The notes: generated by a model not told the origin, from the sequence alone. DNA of 64,000 nt from an uncultured Spirochaetia bacterium (GCA_964586675.1 CAZPHQ010000009.1:16216-80215), one strand, 5' to 3'. Positions 7,239 through 18,348 are shown, counted from the first letter of the stretch. Numbers and translations: made by a program.

Positions 7239-9884
7239 TCAATTCAACTTGCTCTCCGCCTTTCCCTTCTTTTCTTTCTTCCCGCTCGTCTCCTCGGGGG
7301 TTACCTCTTTCGTCAGGATGAGCTCGTTGTCCTTCCCGACGTCTACCACAACATGGTCTCCTTCCTTGAAGGTGCCGCGAAGAATCTCCGTCGCCAGCGG
7401 GTCCTGTATCATCTTCTGTATAGTCCTCTTGAGCGGCCTCGCGCCGTAAACCGGGTCGTATCCCTTCTCTGCTATGAGCTTCTTCGCCTCCGGAGTAAGG
7501 TCGAGGCTGATCTTCCTCTCGGCGAGCCTCTTCCGCAGGTGCTCGAGCTGGATATCGACAATCTCCTTAATCTGGTCCATGCCGAGCGGTTTGAATATTA
7601 TTGTCTCGTCGATCCGGTTAAGGAACTCCGGCCTGAATGTAGAGCGCAGCAGCTCCATGACCCTGTCTTCCATCGTCGCGGGCCTGTCGATGTATTCCCT
7701 GATGATGTCGCTCCCGAGGTTCGACGTCATGATGATGATCGTGTTCTTGAAATCCACCGTCCGCCCCTGGCCGTCAGTCAAGCGCCCGTCGTCGAGAATC
7801 TGGAGGAGTACGTTAAACACGTCCGGGTGCGCCTTCTCTATCTCGTCGAAGAGTATGACGGCATAGGGCCTTCTCCTGACAGCCTCCGAAAGCTGCCCGC
7901 CCTCCTCGTACCCGACATACCCCGGCGGCGCGCCTATCAGCCTGGCCACCGTATGCTTCTCCATGTACTCGCTCATGTCGATACGTATCATCGCGTGCTC
8001 GTCGTCGAACATGAACTCCGCTAAAGCCCTGGCCAGCTCCGTCTTGCCGACGCCCGTCGGCCCGAGGAACAGGAACGAGCCTATCGGCCTGTTCGGGTCC
8101 GAAAGCCCGGCGCGCGACCGCCTGAGCGCGTTCGACACGGCAGTGATAGCGTTGTCCTGCCCTATGACGCGGAGGTGAAGGTTGTCCTCCATGTGTATCA
8201 GCTTTTCGACCTCGCCTTCGAGGAGCCTCGATACCGGCACGCCCGTCCACTTCGAGACGACCGCCGCGATGTCCTCGGCGTCCACTTCCTCTTTCAGCAT
8301 CTGCTTCCCTTTCTGTATCTCGGCGAGCTCCTTCCCGAGCTTGTCGAGCTTCTGGTTAAGCTCCGGGAGCCTTCCGTAAAGAAGCTCGGAGGCCGTAGAC
8401 AAGTCGCCCTTCCTCTGCGCTATCTCGGCGTCGGAGCGGAGCTGGTCGATCTCCGCTTTTATCTTTCTCATTTCAGATATATGCTCCTTCTCGCGCGTCC
8501 ACTGCGCCTTGAGCGTATCGCCCTCTTCCTTGAGGTTGGCGATGCTCTTTTCTATTTCTGATAGACGCTCCTGCGAAGCCGGGTCCTTTTCCTTCTTAAG
8601 CGCCTCGCGTTCGATTTCGAGCTGCATTATGCGCCGCTGAACATCATCGATCTCGCCCGGAAGGGAGTCTATCTCCATCTTCAGCTTCGCAGCCGCCTCG
8701 TCAATGAGGTCGACAGCCTTGTCCGGGAGGAACCGCGCCGTTATGTAGCGGTTCGAGAGGACGGCCGCCGCTATGATGGCCTCGTCCTTTATCTTGACGC
8801 CGTGATGCACCTCGTATTTCTCCTTGAGCCCGCGAAGGATCGATATCGTCTCCTCGACAGACGGCTCGTCGACGTACACCTGCTGGAAACGCCTTTCGAG
8901 CGCGGCGTCTTTCTCTATATATTTTCTATACTCGTCGAGCGTCGTGGCCCCGATACAGTGAAGCTCTCCCCTCGCGAGGGCGGGCTTCAGCATGTTGGAG
9001 GCGTCCATTGCCCCCTCCGAGCCGCCCGCGCCGACGACAGTGTGTATCTCGTCTATAAAAAGTATTATTTGACCGGCGGATTCGGTCACTTCCTTAAGCA
9101 CTGCTTTAAGTCTTTCCTCGAACTGCCCCCTGTACTTCGCCCCGGCTATAAGGGCCCCGATGTCGAGCGCTATGAGCTTTTTGTTCTTTAGCCCCTCGGG
9201 AACGTCCCCGTTCACAATCCTCTGGGCAAGCCCTTCGACTATAGCCGTCTTTCCAACGCCCGGCTCCCCGATGAGGACGGGGTTGTTCTTTGTCCGGCGG
9301 GACAATACCTGTATGACGCGCCTTATCTCCTCGTCCCTCCCGATGACAGGGTCAATCTTCCCCTCCCTCGCGAGCTCGGTGAAATCCCTCCCATACTGCT
9401 TCAGCGACTGCAGGGTGTCCTCGGGCGACTGGCTCGTAACGTTCTGTCCGCCCCTCACTTCCTTAATAGCCTTAAGCACGTTGTCGCGCGCTATGCCTAG
9501 CCGCTTGAGCTCGTTCTTAAGCTCGCCAGTCGCGTCCTCGACTATCCCCAGGAAGAGATGCTCCGTGCTCGTGTACTCGTCCCCGAGCGACTTCGCTTCC
9601 TTTTCGGCCGTGTTGAAGGCCTTGCTCAGTTCGCGGCTGAGGTATATCTGGTCGTCCTCGGACTGCACCTTCGGCAGCCTGGCAACCTCCTTCCGCGCGG
9701 TTTCCCGAAGCGCGTTTACATTTGCACCGAGCTTTCCGAGGATCTGCGACGGTATGCTCCCGTCGGCCAGAAGCGTTTCGAGAACGTGCGGAATGTCGAT
9801 GACCTGGTTCCTGTTTTCACGCGCAAGGGCCTGCGCCTCGGAAACGGCTTCCTGCGCTTTTATTGTTAACTTGTCGAATTTCAT
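7239..9884 (-). CDS. clpB: ATP-dependent chaperone ClpB
   Basis: 881 aa. Clp N-domain, two AAA+ modules each with Walker A GxxGxGKT, and a long coiled-coil middle domain. Confidence 0.97.
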   Translation of the reverse strand: MKFDKLTIKAQEAVSEAQALARENRNQVIDIPHVLETLLADGSIPSQILGKLGANVNALRETARKEVARLPKVQSEDDQIYLSRELSKAFNTAEKEAKSLGDEYTSTEHLFLGIVEDATGELKNELKRLGIARDNVLKAIKEVRGGQNVTSQSPEDTLQSLKQYGRDFTELAREGKIDPVIGRDEEIRRVIQVLSRRTKNNPVLIGEPGVGKTAIVEGLAQRIVNGDVPEGLKNKKLIALDIGALIAGAKYRGQFEERLKAVLKEVTESAGQIILFIDEIHTVVGAGGSEGAMDASNMLKPALARGELHCIGATTLDEYRKYIEKDAALERRFQQVYVDEPSVEETISILRGLKEKYEVHHGVKIKDEAIIAAAVLSNRYITARFLPDKAVDLIDEAAAKLKMEIDSLPGEIDDVQRRIMQLEIEREALKKEKDPASQERLSEIEKSIANLKEEGDTLKAQWTREKEHISEMRKIKAEIDQLRSDAEIAQRKGDLSTASELLYGRLPELNQKLDKLGKELAEIQKGKQMLKEEVDAEDIAAVVSKWTGVPVSRLLEGEVEKLIHMEDNLHLRVIGQDNAITAVSNALRRSRAGLSDPNRPIGSFLFLGPTGVGKTELARALAEFMFDDEHAMIRIDMSEYMEKHTVARLIGAPPGYVGYEEGGQLSEAVRRRPYAVILFDEIEKAHPDVFNVLLQILDDGRLTDGQGRTVDFKNTIIIMTSNLGSDIIREYIDRPATMEDRVMELLRSTFRPEFLNRIDETIIFKPLGMDQIKEIVDIQLEHLRKRLAERKISLDLTPEAKKLIAEKGYDPVYGARPLKRTIQKMIQDPLATEILRGTFKEGDHVVVDVGKDNELILTKEVTPEETSGKKEKKGKAESKLN

Positions 9885-10210
9885 AGATTATTTGATCTCC
9901 ACGGTTGGTTTAACGGCTGAGAGTGAATAGCCGTTATCCTAATAATAGTAATCGGTTAGCCTGTTTTCAACCCGCTCTTGATAAAATAAACAGGGTCTTT
10001 GAGCGGAGCCTTTCCAGACCGTTTTGCGGCTCTTCGCCGGAGCCCGCGCTCAGCCCAAAAGCGCCTCGTCTCCCACGGGCCGTGCCGGCGCCGCGGTTTA
10101 TTAACTTTTAAGGCCGTTTACGATGCGAATTACTTGACTTTTTTTTTCGGAAATAATAATATGGTTATTCGTCTGGTAAGAAAAACAACAAGCATCATAA
10201 GGAGGCCGCA

Positions 10211-11239
10211 ATGAGTCAATTGATAACTGACCATCTTCCAAAGGCCAGCGACGTGGACGTAATGGACACGTTTGAAGCCATTGGTCTTAGAAGGTCTATA
10301 AGGTGGTATGAACCCAATAAATCCGTCGAGAGATGGAAGGTTCAGGCGATGCTCGAAGCTTCGAGGCTCGCTCCTTCCGCTGGTAACTTCAACGGGCAGA
10401 GGGGTATAGTAGTGTACAGGGACGAAGACCCTGAAATATGGGAATTCATCTCCGACTGGAGCCAGATCACAACGCAGATGGCTCCGATTCTTATTTTCTG
10501 GTGTTACGACCTGTCGGCATACGACACGCAGGGACAGCAGCTCCACGACCTTATGAGGACAGGCGCTCTCGATAAGGCTCACGGCTGGGAATACGACCGC
10601 GTTAACAAGCTGTTCCCGCTCCCCGCTCTTCTGCCGGACTTCGTTCTCCACAGGCTCGCGTGTATCGACCTCGGTAACGCGATCCAGAACTCGATCCTCA
10701 CGGCTACCGCTCTCGGCCTCGGCTGCTGCCTCAACGGCGCCAGCGGCGGCGCAAGGCGTAACTTAAAGGACAAGTTCAACCTCCCACCGTCCTACGTATT
10801 CTGCTGGCTGATGACCGTAGGTTATCCGTCCGAGAACCTCGACGGCGGCGGCACCAGGGGACGCCCCCCGTTCGAAACCATGTTCTACAAGGGCAAGATC
10901 GGACAGCCTTTCGAAAGAGATGCGAAGACCGTAAAGCTCCTCGAAGAGCTCAAGATGATCCAGCAGCCCGGGCCGACGCCTGGAAGGCTCGAAGAGATCA
11001 ACAAGCTCACGATCAGGTTCGGACTCGGCGAAGAAGCCCTGACCGACTGGAAGCTTACCCCTTCGCAGCTTGACGACCCCGTCAACGCGGTCGACAGGAA
11101 GGTAGAGCCGCTCAGCGCCGAGGAAGTAAAGGCTTCCGCTGCAGGCGCGACAGAAGGCGACTTCAAGCTCGTTCCGACGGTCAAGAGGGAAGTTCTCGAC
11201 CAGTACAGGAAAGATAAAGGTATCGGCGACGCCGACTAA
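10211..11239 (+). CDS. nitroreductase-family protein with approx 120-aa C-terminal extension
   Basis: N-terminal ...FEAIGLRRSIRWYEP... nitroreductase signature. The body is about 220 aa, followed by an unusual low-complexity/charged tail. Confidence 0.8.
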   Translation: MSQLITDHLPKASDVDVMDTFEAIGLRRSIRWYEPNKSVERWKVQAMLEASRLAPSAGNFNGQRGIVVYRDEDPEIWEFISDWSQITTQMAPILIFWCYDLSAYDTQGQQLHDLMRTGALDKAHGWEYDRVNKLFPLPALLPDFVLHRLACIDLGNAIQNSILTATALGLGCCLNGASGGARRNLKDKFNLPPSYVFCWLMTVGYPSENLDGGGTRGRPPFETMFYKGKIGQPFERDAKTVKLLEELKMIQQPGPTPGRLEEINKLTIRFGLGEEALTDWKLTPSQLDDPVNAVDRKVEPLSAEEVKASAAGATEGDFKLVPTVKREVLDQYRKDKGIGDAD

Positions 11240-11262
11240 GAAAACCAAGGAGGTTTTTAAAC

Positions 11263-11460
11263 ATGGCAGAAGTAACGATTCAGATACCGGATCCGATATT
11301 AAACATTATCAAGAAAAGGGCTGAATTAACGAAGACGACTCCGGAGGCGCTCATAGCCACGACGGCTATCCTCTGCTACGCGTCGGCCCACTACGATTCC
11401 TCGAAGTGGCTGAAATTCCAGGACCCGAGCAAGGGCGAAATGACAGCCCCCTGGAAATAA
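11263..11460 (+). CDS. small hypothetical protein (65 aa), translationally coupled to the nitroreductase gene
   Basis: Strong RBS AAGGAGG 9 nt upstream. Begins 24 nt after the nitroreductase stop and is followed by an intrinsic terminator. No family recognised. Confidence 0.45.
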   Translation: MAEVTIQIPDPILNIIKKRAELTKTTPEALIATTAILCYASAHYDSSKWLKFQDPSKGEMTAPWK

Positions 11461-11510
11461 GCAGGCTTCGCGGTATTATCGGAAAACCGATAACAACATT
11501 AAAAACAAAA

Positions 11511-11550
11511 AGCGGGAAGCATCCTCAGGGTGCTTTCCGCTTTTCTTTTT
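11511..11550. terminator. bidirectional intrinsic terminator
   Basis: Hairpin agcgggaagca/tgctttccgct followed by tttcttttt on the + strand and preceded by an A-run (T-run on the - strand). Sits between the convergent small ORF and the acyl-CoA dehydrogenase gene. Confidence 0.65.
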
Positions 11551-11674
11551 ATGGCTCGGATTAATTCCTGTCGTTAAGTTAAAAGTTATCGGGAAAATCT
11601 ATTGAAAACCGAAAAGTTAATGCTGACCGGCGGGGCAGGCCGCCCCACCGGCATCGAATCCATTTTAATGCGGC

Positions 11675-12820
11675 TTATATTCCCAGCTCTCTCGCTATGA
11701 CGACGTGCTGTATCTCGGAGGTTCCTTCCGTGATGGAGGCGAGCTTGGCGTCCCTGTAATATCTTTCGACAGGGAACTCGACGCCGTACCCATAGCCGCC
11801 CAGAACCTGAACCGCCTCCGTCGCCACCCACTGCACAACCTCGGCAGCATAGAGTTTTGCCATCGAGGCCGTCTTTAAAGATTCCTTGTCATCTCTGCCG
11901 TAGTGCCATGCGGCCTTGTATACGAGGAGCCTCGCGCTCTCAATCTTCACAGCCATCTCCGCCAGTTTAAAGCTTATCGCCTGGAACTTCGAAATCTGCT
12001 TTCCGAAGGCCTCGCGCTCTTTCGAATACTGGAGCGCGAACTCGAAGGCCGCCTGAGAAAGGCCGACTGACTTGGCGGCGTGGGTGATACGCGCCCCGAG
12101 GAGTGTGGCCATGGCGCCGTTAAAGCCGCCTTCGCCGACGAGGAGGTTTTCCTCCGGCACTTCGCAGTTCTCGAATACCAGTTCCGCAGTGTCGGCCGAG
12201 CGGTGCCCGAGCTTGTGTATCTTGTTCTTTTCGGTGAAACCGGGCGCGTCGCCGTCCACGATAAAGAGGCTTATGCCCGTTCCCTTCTTGGTCTTGTCGG
12301 TATATGCGGCGACGATAACGAACTCGGCCATCGTGCCGTTCGTTATCCAGGTCTTAACGCCGTTGAGGACATACCTCCCGTCTTTCTTCACAGCCGTACA
12401 GCGTATGTTCCTTGCGTCCGAGCCCGCATCCGGCTCTGTGAGCCCGAGCGCGCCGATAACCTTCCCCTCGACTCCGGGTATGAGATATTTTTCCTTCTGC
12501 GCGTCCGTCCCGAATTTATACACCGGCACGCACGAAAGGCTCGTGTGAGCGTTCACGCACATGGCGATGCCGGCATTGATCCTGCCCATCTCTTCCGCGA
12601 ATATGCATTCCGTTATTTTGTCGAGCCCGACGCCGCCGTACTCCTCGGGGAACGAGATGCCCAGGAAGCCCATCTCGCCCAGCTTCGGGAATATATGCTT
12701 TGGGAATTTTTCGTTCTTTTCCGCCTCTTCGACAAGCGGCGCAATTTCATTTTCACCGAAGTCCCTGATGGTATCCCTGAACATCTGCTGCTCTTCGGTA
12801 AATTCAAAATCGATAGGCAT
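11675..12820 (-). CDS. acyl-CoA dehydrogenase
   Basis: 381 aa. Canonical ACAD N-terminal, middle and C-terminal domain organisation (...GSDA...TWITNG...YR...EGTSEIQ...). Confidence 0.95.
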   Translation of the reverse strand: MPIDFEFTEEQQMFRDTIRDFGENEIAPLVEEAEKNEKFPKHIFPKLGEMGFLGISFPEEYGGVGLDKITECIFAEEMGRINAGIAMCVNAHTSLSCVPVYKFGTDAQKEKYLIPGVEGKVIGALGLTEPDAGSDARNIRCTAVKKDGRYVLNGVKTWITNGTMAEFVIVAAYTDKTKKGTGISLFIVDGDAPGFTEKNKIHKLGHRSADTAELVFENCEVPEENLLVGEGGFNGAMATLLGARITHAAKSVGLSQAAFEFALQYSKEREAFGKQISKFQAISFKLAEMAVKIESARLLVYKAAWHYGRDDKESLKTASMAKLYAAEVVQWVATEAVQVLGGYGYGVEFPVERYYRDAKLASITEGTSEIQHVVIARELGI

Positions 12821-13009
12821 GTAACCCTCCTTGACGTTAAAAAATTATCAGCTTCCCAACCCCTCAAATTTTTGGTGGAATGATTATAGCATGATTATAA
12901 ATTTTGTGTAAGGAAACGGCCCGGACGGGGTCAAATTTACCTTGACTTTATTTTTGAATTTTTATTATAGTAGTAGTAGACGTGAAAACCACACAAGGAG
13001 GTATTGACT

Positions 13010-13216
13010 ATGGCTGTCGCAAGGATCACGGAGATCATCGGATCGTCTCAGAAATCGTGGGAAGACGCAGTGAAGAATGCGCTCGAAAGGGCTAACAAGA
13101 CCCTCCGGGGCCTCACCGGAATCGAGGTAACCAAAATGAACGCCGCCATCGGCAACGACGGCAAGGTATCCGAGTACAGGGCTCACGTCAGGATTACGTT
13201 CATACTCGAAGGCTAA
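13010..13216 (+). CDS. dodecin (flavin-binding)
   Basis: 68 aa. ..EIIGSS.KSWEDA.KNA...A.KTLR.... matches the dodecin family. AGGAGG RBS 7 nt upstream of ATG 13010, which lies inside the TTG-initiated ORF 13004... Confidence 0.8.
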   Translation: MAVARITEIIGSSQKSWEDAVKNALERANKTLRGLTGIEVTKMNAAIGNDGKVSEYRAHVRITFILEG

Positions 13217-13363
13217 GGTTTGCTTCGGGGTGTCGGCCCGGTAAGAGACAACAGGCCGGTAACTCGATATCGAATATAAGGGGAGGGCGGCGGGCCCGCG
13301 AAAGCGCCCTCCCCATACCTTGTATAAGCCGGAGTCCGGTACGGCACGGCGGCCGCCCAGGGG

Positions 13364-13390
13364 TTGACAAAAAGCCCACCGGATTATAAT
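13364..13390 (+). promoter_or_regulatory. sigma70-like promoter (TTGACA-15-TATAAT)
   Basis: Perfect -35 and -10 hexamers at 13364..13369 and 13385..13390, upstream of the 13421 gene. Confidence 0.45.
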
Positions 13391-13420
13391 AGTAAACATA
13401 CAGGCTCAGGGAGGCGTGCC

Positions 13421-13804
13421 ATGGCCGAAAAAGAAAACCCATTCAGCGAATTTCTCAAGATCCTCGAGACCCAGGGAAAAGAGATAGAAAAAATGATGAA
13501 GCCCCTGCTCGACAGCCAGAAAAAAGCGCGGGAAATGTCGGAGCCTGCCCTCGAGTACCAGCAGAAGCTCTTCCTCGAATCCCTCGAGCTCCAGAAAGCC
13601 CTCATGGAATCCATAATGGATACCACCAAGAGAATGCTCCGTATGATGTCGACCGAGCCCGCCCGCTACAATTTCGGCGGCTCGTTCCCCGGAAGCCAGT
13701 TCGCGGACTATATGCGGACAATGCAGACGATACAGGACAACTGGATGGACCAGCTCAAGTCCACCTCTTCCATGTTCCAGGAATACATGCAGGGAAAGAA
13801 ATAA
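13421..13804 (+). CDS. small coiled-coil protein, phasin-like (hypothetical)
   Basis: 127 aa, highly helical and charged (…EYQQKLFLESLELQKALMESI…). RBS AGGGAGG. Own strong promoter. Family assignment tentative. Confidence 0.55.
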   Translation: MAEKENPFSEFLKILETQGKEIEKMMKPLLDSQKKAREMSEPALEYQQKLFLESLELQKALMESIMDTTKRMLRMMSTEPARYNFGGSFPGSQFADYMRTMQTIQDNWMDQLKSTSSMFQEYMQGKK

Positions 13805-13973
13805 GTCACTTATAAGATGTGCCGGCTTTCAGGTATTTTCCGGCCCTAAGGGCGTATATGCTCTTATCCCGCTGCGAAAGCGGTTCGTCACCGGTTCCAA
13901 AATACAAGCGATTGCGTAATATTTATATCTGTCAAATTAGAATACCCATAAAATCCAACCGGTTACGAAACCA

Positions 13974-13999
13974 AAAATCTTCGCAATTGCGAAGATTTT
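13974..13999. promoter_or_regulatory. perfect 26-bp palindrome (aaaatcttcgcaa|ttgcgaagatttt), candidate operator
   Basis: Perfect dyad. Ends 3 bp before the -35 hexamer of the downstream promoter. Confidence 0.5.
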
Positions 14000-14002
14000 C
14001 TC

Positions 14003-14030
14003 TTGACAACGTCCGTTAAGTTGTTATATT
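14003..14030 (+). promoter_or_regulatory. sigma70-like promoter (TTGACA-16-TATATT)
   Basis: Hexamers at 14003..14008 and 14025..14030. Confidence 0.45.
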
Positions 14031-14055
14031 ACTATTAAATCGCAAACAGGAGGTC

Positions 14056-14481
14056 ATGCAAATGGCAACCAAGGCAAAACCATACGACGTAAAGGACTTC
14101 ACGGAGCCGGTCAAGGAGCTGTCGAGGCTCGTAAAGGAGACATACCTTAACACGATCGAATTCTCCCACTCCGTAACCGAGGAGAACAAGAAAATGTTTC
14201 AGAAGCAGCTCGACTATGCACTCGAGGCGGAGAAGGAATACGTCAACTCGGTAAAGGACCTCTTCGACAAGCTCCCCAAGGAAGAGATGCCCTTCGCAAA
14301 GATAGACGGCAAGGCTTTCGACGACGGTTGGGTAAAGGCGCTCGAATACAGCAAGCACGTTGTCGACTCGCTTAAAAACATGTCTGACAACATGACGGCC
14401 AGCAGCCACGACATGGCGAAGAAGAACGTTATAAAGGCTTTCTCGATTTTCGACGAAGCCCTCGATTCGTTAAAAATATAA
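14056..14481 (+). CDS. small coiled-coil protein, phasin-like (hypothetical)
   Basis: 141 aa, helical and Lys/Glu-rich. RBS caGGAGGt. Preceded by a strong promoter and the palindrome. Confidence 0.6.
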   Translation: MQMATKAKPYDVKDFTEPVKELSRLVKETYLNTIEFSHSVTEENKKMFQKQLDYALEAEKEYVNSVKDLFDKLPKEEMPFAKIDGKAFDDGWVKALEYSKHVVDSLKNMSDNMTASSHDMAKKNVIKAFSIFDEALDSLKI

Positions 14482-14684
14482 GAGCTGAAGGTTAAAATAT
14501 CCGCGGGGGCCCGGGACGGTCCCCCGCATGCTATTACCCGGTTCTCAGTCGTTAACAGTTCTCTTAGCTCATATTCAATTCACATACCGGGAATTACAGG
14601 TACCCTCATATCCTATAGGGATTCTGATGGAGCCCGCAGCTTTAACCTTCGAGATTTAAAGCTGCGGGGGCATAAAGGGGATTT

Positions 14685-15872
14685 ATGAAAAAGCCAAAGG
14701 AATATCCAAAACTCGCTGCCGGATTAAGGGCGCTCGAAACCGAGCCCGAATACGACGTCGCGGCGTTCGAAGACAACGATACGCTCCAATTCGACGACGA
14801 CGATACGGGGGCCGAATTCCGTCCGGGTGCGCCGCAGAGGAAGAGGAAGAAAAAAGCGGGGGCCTCGAAGCTCGAAGAGCACCTCCGCCTCCTTCATGTT
14901 TACTTCCGCGACCTCGAGCACGAAACCTCTCTCCTTTCGCCGAAAGAAGAGCTTCGTATCGCGGCAAACATACGGAAGTGCGAGAACAAGGCCGAGGCGA
15001 TAAGAACGCTTCTCACAGAGCTCGCCGAAGGGAAATCGCCGAAGAAGCAGAAGGGCTATCCCCTTTACGACGGGGGAGGCGAAGTCCTGGACTATGTCCA
15101 GAGGATGAACACCCTCTCGAACGCCTATGTAAAGCGCTCCCACGAGCTCAAAAACCGCTTCATCAAATCCAACCTCAAACTCGTCATCAGCATCGCCAAG
15201 AACTACATGGGAAGGGGCCTCCCCCTTGCCGACCTCATACAGGAAGGCAACCTCGGCCTCATGCGGGCCGTCGAAAAATTCGACTACACCCTCGGATATA
15301 AATTCTCCACATACGCCAGCTGGTGGATACAGCAGGCCGTATTCCGCGCCCCGTTCGAAAAGACGAAGACGATTCGCATACCCGTTTATCTCTACGAATG
15401 GGCGGGAAAGGTTAAGGCCGTGACGGCTATGCTCACGAAAGAGCTCGACAGGGAGCCGACGTGCGAAGAGATAGCGCGCGAGCTCGAGATCGCGCCGTCG
15501 GTCGTCAAGCGCATCATTCAGACGGCGTCCGACGTTATGAACAACGTGCAGTCGCTCGACGCCCCGATATCCAACGACGACCAGCGCACCTATATTGAAT
15601 TCGTAGAAGACTCGAAAATACCCCCGCCCGACACCGCAATACTCAAACGCTCTGTACAGAACAGGATAGAGGATGTCCTCTCCACGCTGACGCCCAAGGA
15701 AGAAGAAATAATAAGGATGCGTTTCGGGATAGGGATAGAAACCACCTACACGCTGAACGAAATCGGCGACAAGTTCGGCGTCACAAGAGAGCGCATCAGG
15801 CAGATCGAAAAATCCGCCCTCGACAAGATAGCGTCCTCCTACCTCGGCGACTATCTCAGGGATTTAGTTTAG
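14685..15872 (+). CDS. RNA polymerase sigma factor, sigma-70 family (group 1/2-like, with regions 1.2-4.2)
   Basis: Region 2 [19 protein letters not shown]...[16 protein letters not shown]. Region 3 TIRIP. Region 4.2 [27 protein letters not shown]. Confidence 0.9.
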   Translation: MKKPKEYPKLAAGLRALETEPEYDVAAFEDNDTLQFDDDDTGAEFRPGAPQRKRKKKAGASKLEEHLRLLHVYFRDLEHETSLLSPKEELRIAANIRKCENKAEAIRTLLTELAEGKSPKKQKGYPLYDGGGEVLDYVQRMNTLSNAYVKRSHELKNRFIKSNLKLVISIAKNYMGRGLPLADLIQEGNLGLMRAVEKFDYTLGYKFSTYASWWIQQAVFRAPFEKTKTIRIPVYLYEWAGKVKAVTAMLTKELDREPTCEEIARELEIAPSVVKRIIQTASDVMNNVQSLDAPISNDDQRTYIEFVEDSKIPPPDTAILKRSVQNRIEDVLSTLTPKEEEIIRMRFGIGIETTYTLNEIGDKFGVTRERIRQIEKSALDKIASSYLGDYLRDLV

Positions 15873-16135
15873 AATCCGACGTCGCGGCTGTGAGCCGCGA
15901 CAACCATCCATCCGTCATCCTGAATTTAATTCAGGATATCCTTTTTATTCTGTCATCTCGAACAACGATTTCGAGCGAGCGAGGAATCGGACGCCGCCCC
16001 CTTAAGCACAAGCGTTTATCTAGTACCGCTCAAGACCTGCTTTCTTTAGTATCAAGCTTGTATCGGGAATCCATTCTATCATTTTTGTCATTTCGAGCGT
16101 ATGCGAGAAATCTATTTTTGCTTATAATCCATCAC
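15873..16135. repeat. mosaic intergenic repeat cluster D
   Basis: gtcgcggc-tgtga-gccgcgac hairpin, then gtcatcctgaatttaattcaggatatcc, gtcatctcgaacaacgatttcgagcgagcgaggaatcg..., ...atctagtaccgctcaag..., half-unit agcttgtatcgggaatcca, gtcatttcgagcgtatgcgagaaatc. Confidence 0.75.
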
Positions 16136-16137
16136 CA

Positions 16138-16479
16138 CTACGGCACCGTCCCATTCAGCAAATAAGTCCCCAACTTGGCAACATACGCGTCGAGGTCGAA
16201 GGGCGGCGTCCAGTCCTGATCCACTGTTATGTAAAGCACCTGCCCTGGATAAATCCTGTTCGGATTCCGGATCGTGCCCGCGTTATCCTGGTAAATCCTC
16301 ACCCACTGCCTTGGGTCCCTGTAGTAATACCCCGCCAGCAGATGAAGCTGCTCGGAGCCTTTTACAGTATGCGCGATAACCCGCTTCGGCGGATCGGGCG
16401 GAAACTCGATGGAATGGGAATTAGGAACCACGAAGCCGAGTAAAATCAGGAATGGCGTCAAGAACCTGAGAATGTGCAT
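16138..16479 (-). CDS. LysM-domain secreted protein
   Basis: Start moved to [15 protein letters not shown] (signal peptide). LysM motif HTVK.GE.L..LAGYYY.DP..W..I...N.....P..I.PGQVL.I. Confidence 0.7.
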   Translation of the reverse strand: MHILRFLTPFLILLGFVVPNSHSIEFPPDPPKRVIAHTVKGSEQLHLLAGYYYRDPRQWVRIYQDNAGTIRNPNRIYPGQVLYITVDQDWTPPFDLDAYVAKLGTYLLNGTVP

Positions 16480-16570
16480 CGTTTCATCCCGTTTGATTTC
16501 AAACCCCGTTATCCATATTATAATGCATCGGCATCGGTCAGCATACCGAAATGTCAGCGGCACACAAACC

Positions 16571-17020
16571 ATGCGCGCCATAATCCAACGTGTAAAAGAA
16601 GCCAGGGTCGACATCGGCAGCGAAACTGTCGGCCAAATAGGCGAGGGGATTCTCGTTCTCCTCGGGGCCGGCAAGGACGATACCCGCGCCGACGCCGATT
16701 ATCTCGCCGACAAGATCCTTTCCCTCCGCATATTCGAGGACCCGGACGGCAAGATGAATCTCTCCGTCGCAGACACGGGCGGCTCGCTCCTCGTCGTCTC
16801 CCAGTTCACCCTCTACGGCGACTGCAGGAAGGGCAGGCGTCCGTCGTTCGACAAGGCCGCGCCGCCAGAAGTCGCGGAGGCCCTCTACGAAGAATTCGTT
16901 TCGAAGCTCCGCTCCCGAGGCGCCCGAGTCGAAACCGGCCGCTTCCGCGCTATGATGGACGTCCACCTCGTCAACTGGGGCCCAGTCACGCTCCTTATCG
17001 ACAGCAGGAAAGAGTTTTAG
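16571..17020 (+). CDS. dtd: D-aminoacyl-tRNA deacylase
   Basis: MRAIIQRV...SQFTL(Y)GD...G.RPSF motifs typical of Dtd. Start at ATG 16571 inside ORF 16409... Confidence 0.9.
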   Translation: MRAIIQRVKEARVDIGSETVGQIGEGILVLLGAGKDDTRADADYLADKILSLRIFEDPDGKMNLSVADTGGSLLVVSQFTLYGDCRKGRRPSFDKAAPPEVAEALYEEFVSKLRSRGARVETGRFRAMMDVHLVNWGPVTLLIDSRKEF

Positions 17021-17044
17021 TTCCGGGCTAAGCGCTCCGTTTGT

Positions 17045-17145
17045 ATGTCATTCCCGAATGCTTGTATCGGGAATCCATTTCCGCCAGCAATCCATCAAGC
17101 GTTTCTTGTCATCTCGAACGTACGTGAGAGATCTATTTGTAATTT
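17045..17145. repeat. mosaic intergenic repeat cluster E
   Basis: gtcattcccgaatgcttgtatcgggaatcca + ...caagcgtttc... + gtcatctcgaacgtacgtgagagatc. Confidence 0.7.
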
Positions 17146-17298
17146 CTCTTTGCGGACAGCGTCCGCAGGCATACGACGTAGCATGGACAATGCTATCAGC
17201 TAGTGCCGTGCGGCCACTCTTTAAAGCTCCACCGTGCTATGCCGAAAAACGCACACCGCGTGTGTTGATTTCCCCCCGCCAGACATTATATTACCCCC

Positions 17299-17748
17299 AT
17301 GGAAAAGGTGGTCTGCACTCATCCGAGGGCTAAGCGCGATTACGACATCGAGGAAAATTACGAGGCCGGCATCGAGCTCAAGGGCTCCGAGGTAAAATCC
17401 CTCCGCGCGAACCAGGCGAGCATAAAGGAGAGCTTCGCCATGATCAGGGACGAAGAGGTGTTTCTCATTAACAGCTACATCGCCCCCTACGAACAGGCGA
17501 ACCTGTTCAACCACGAGCCCCGGCGCGAGCGTAAGCTCCTCCTCAACAAGCGCGAGATAAACCGCCTCATGGGGAAAACCCTCATCCGCGGCTACACCCT
17601 CATCCCGCTCAAGATCTACTTCAAGAAAGGGAAGGCTAAGGTCGACCTCGCCCTCGGCAAGGGAAAGAAAGTCCACGACCGCCGCGACGACATCAAGAAG
17701 CGCGAGGCCGACAGGGAAATGGAAAAGGCCTTAAAGCGTCGCTACTGA
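17299..17748 (+). CDS. smpB: SsrA-binding protein
   Basis: 149 aa, collinear with SmpB (…AKRDYDIEE.YEAGIEL.GSEVKSLR…GYTLIPLKIYFK.GKAK…). Confidence 0.95.
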   Translation: MEKVVCTHPRAKRDYDIEENYEAGIELKGSEVKSLRANQASIKESFAMIRDEEVFLINSYIAPYEQANLFNHEPRRERKLLLNKREINRLMGKTLIRGYTLIPLKIYFKKGKAKVDLALGKGKKVHDRRDDIKKREADREMEKALKRRY

Positions 17749-17884
17749 CCTGTGGCGTCCTCCCCACGCATAGTGTATCTTTATAACTCTTTACCCTGGC
17801 ACAGCCCGGGGTTGAAATCGGCGTAACAGTAATTATTTTATTTAGAGCGTTTACGCTGCATTACTCAAGCGTGTTCTTTGACAT

Positions 17885-18237
<353 letters not shown>

Positions 18238-18348
18238 CCCGAAGCTCGAAGAGCTAGGGTGGTGTCCCCCATAGCTTTAGCGAAGGGGGACAAGCCCACG
18301 ATACACGGCATCACGAAGCCTTAATTCCCCGAAGCTTCAGGGAGGGGA

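Noticed and set aside
17878-17884. TTGACAT immediately 5' of the tmRNA as its -35 box
   Set aside because: It abuts the mature 5' end defined by acceptor-stem pairing, so it cannot be a promoter element for ssrA. The real promoter must lie further upstream.
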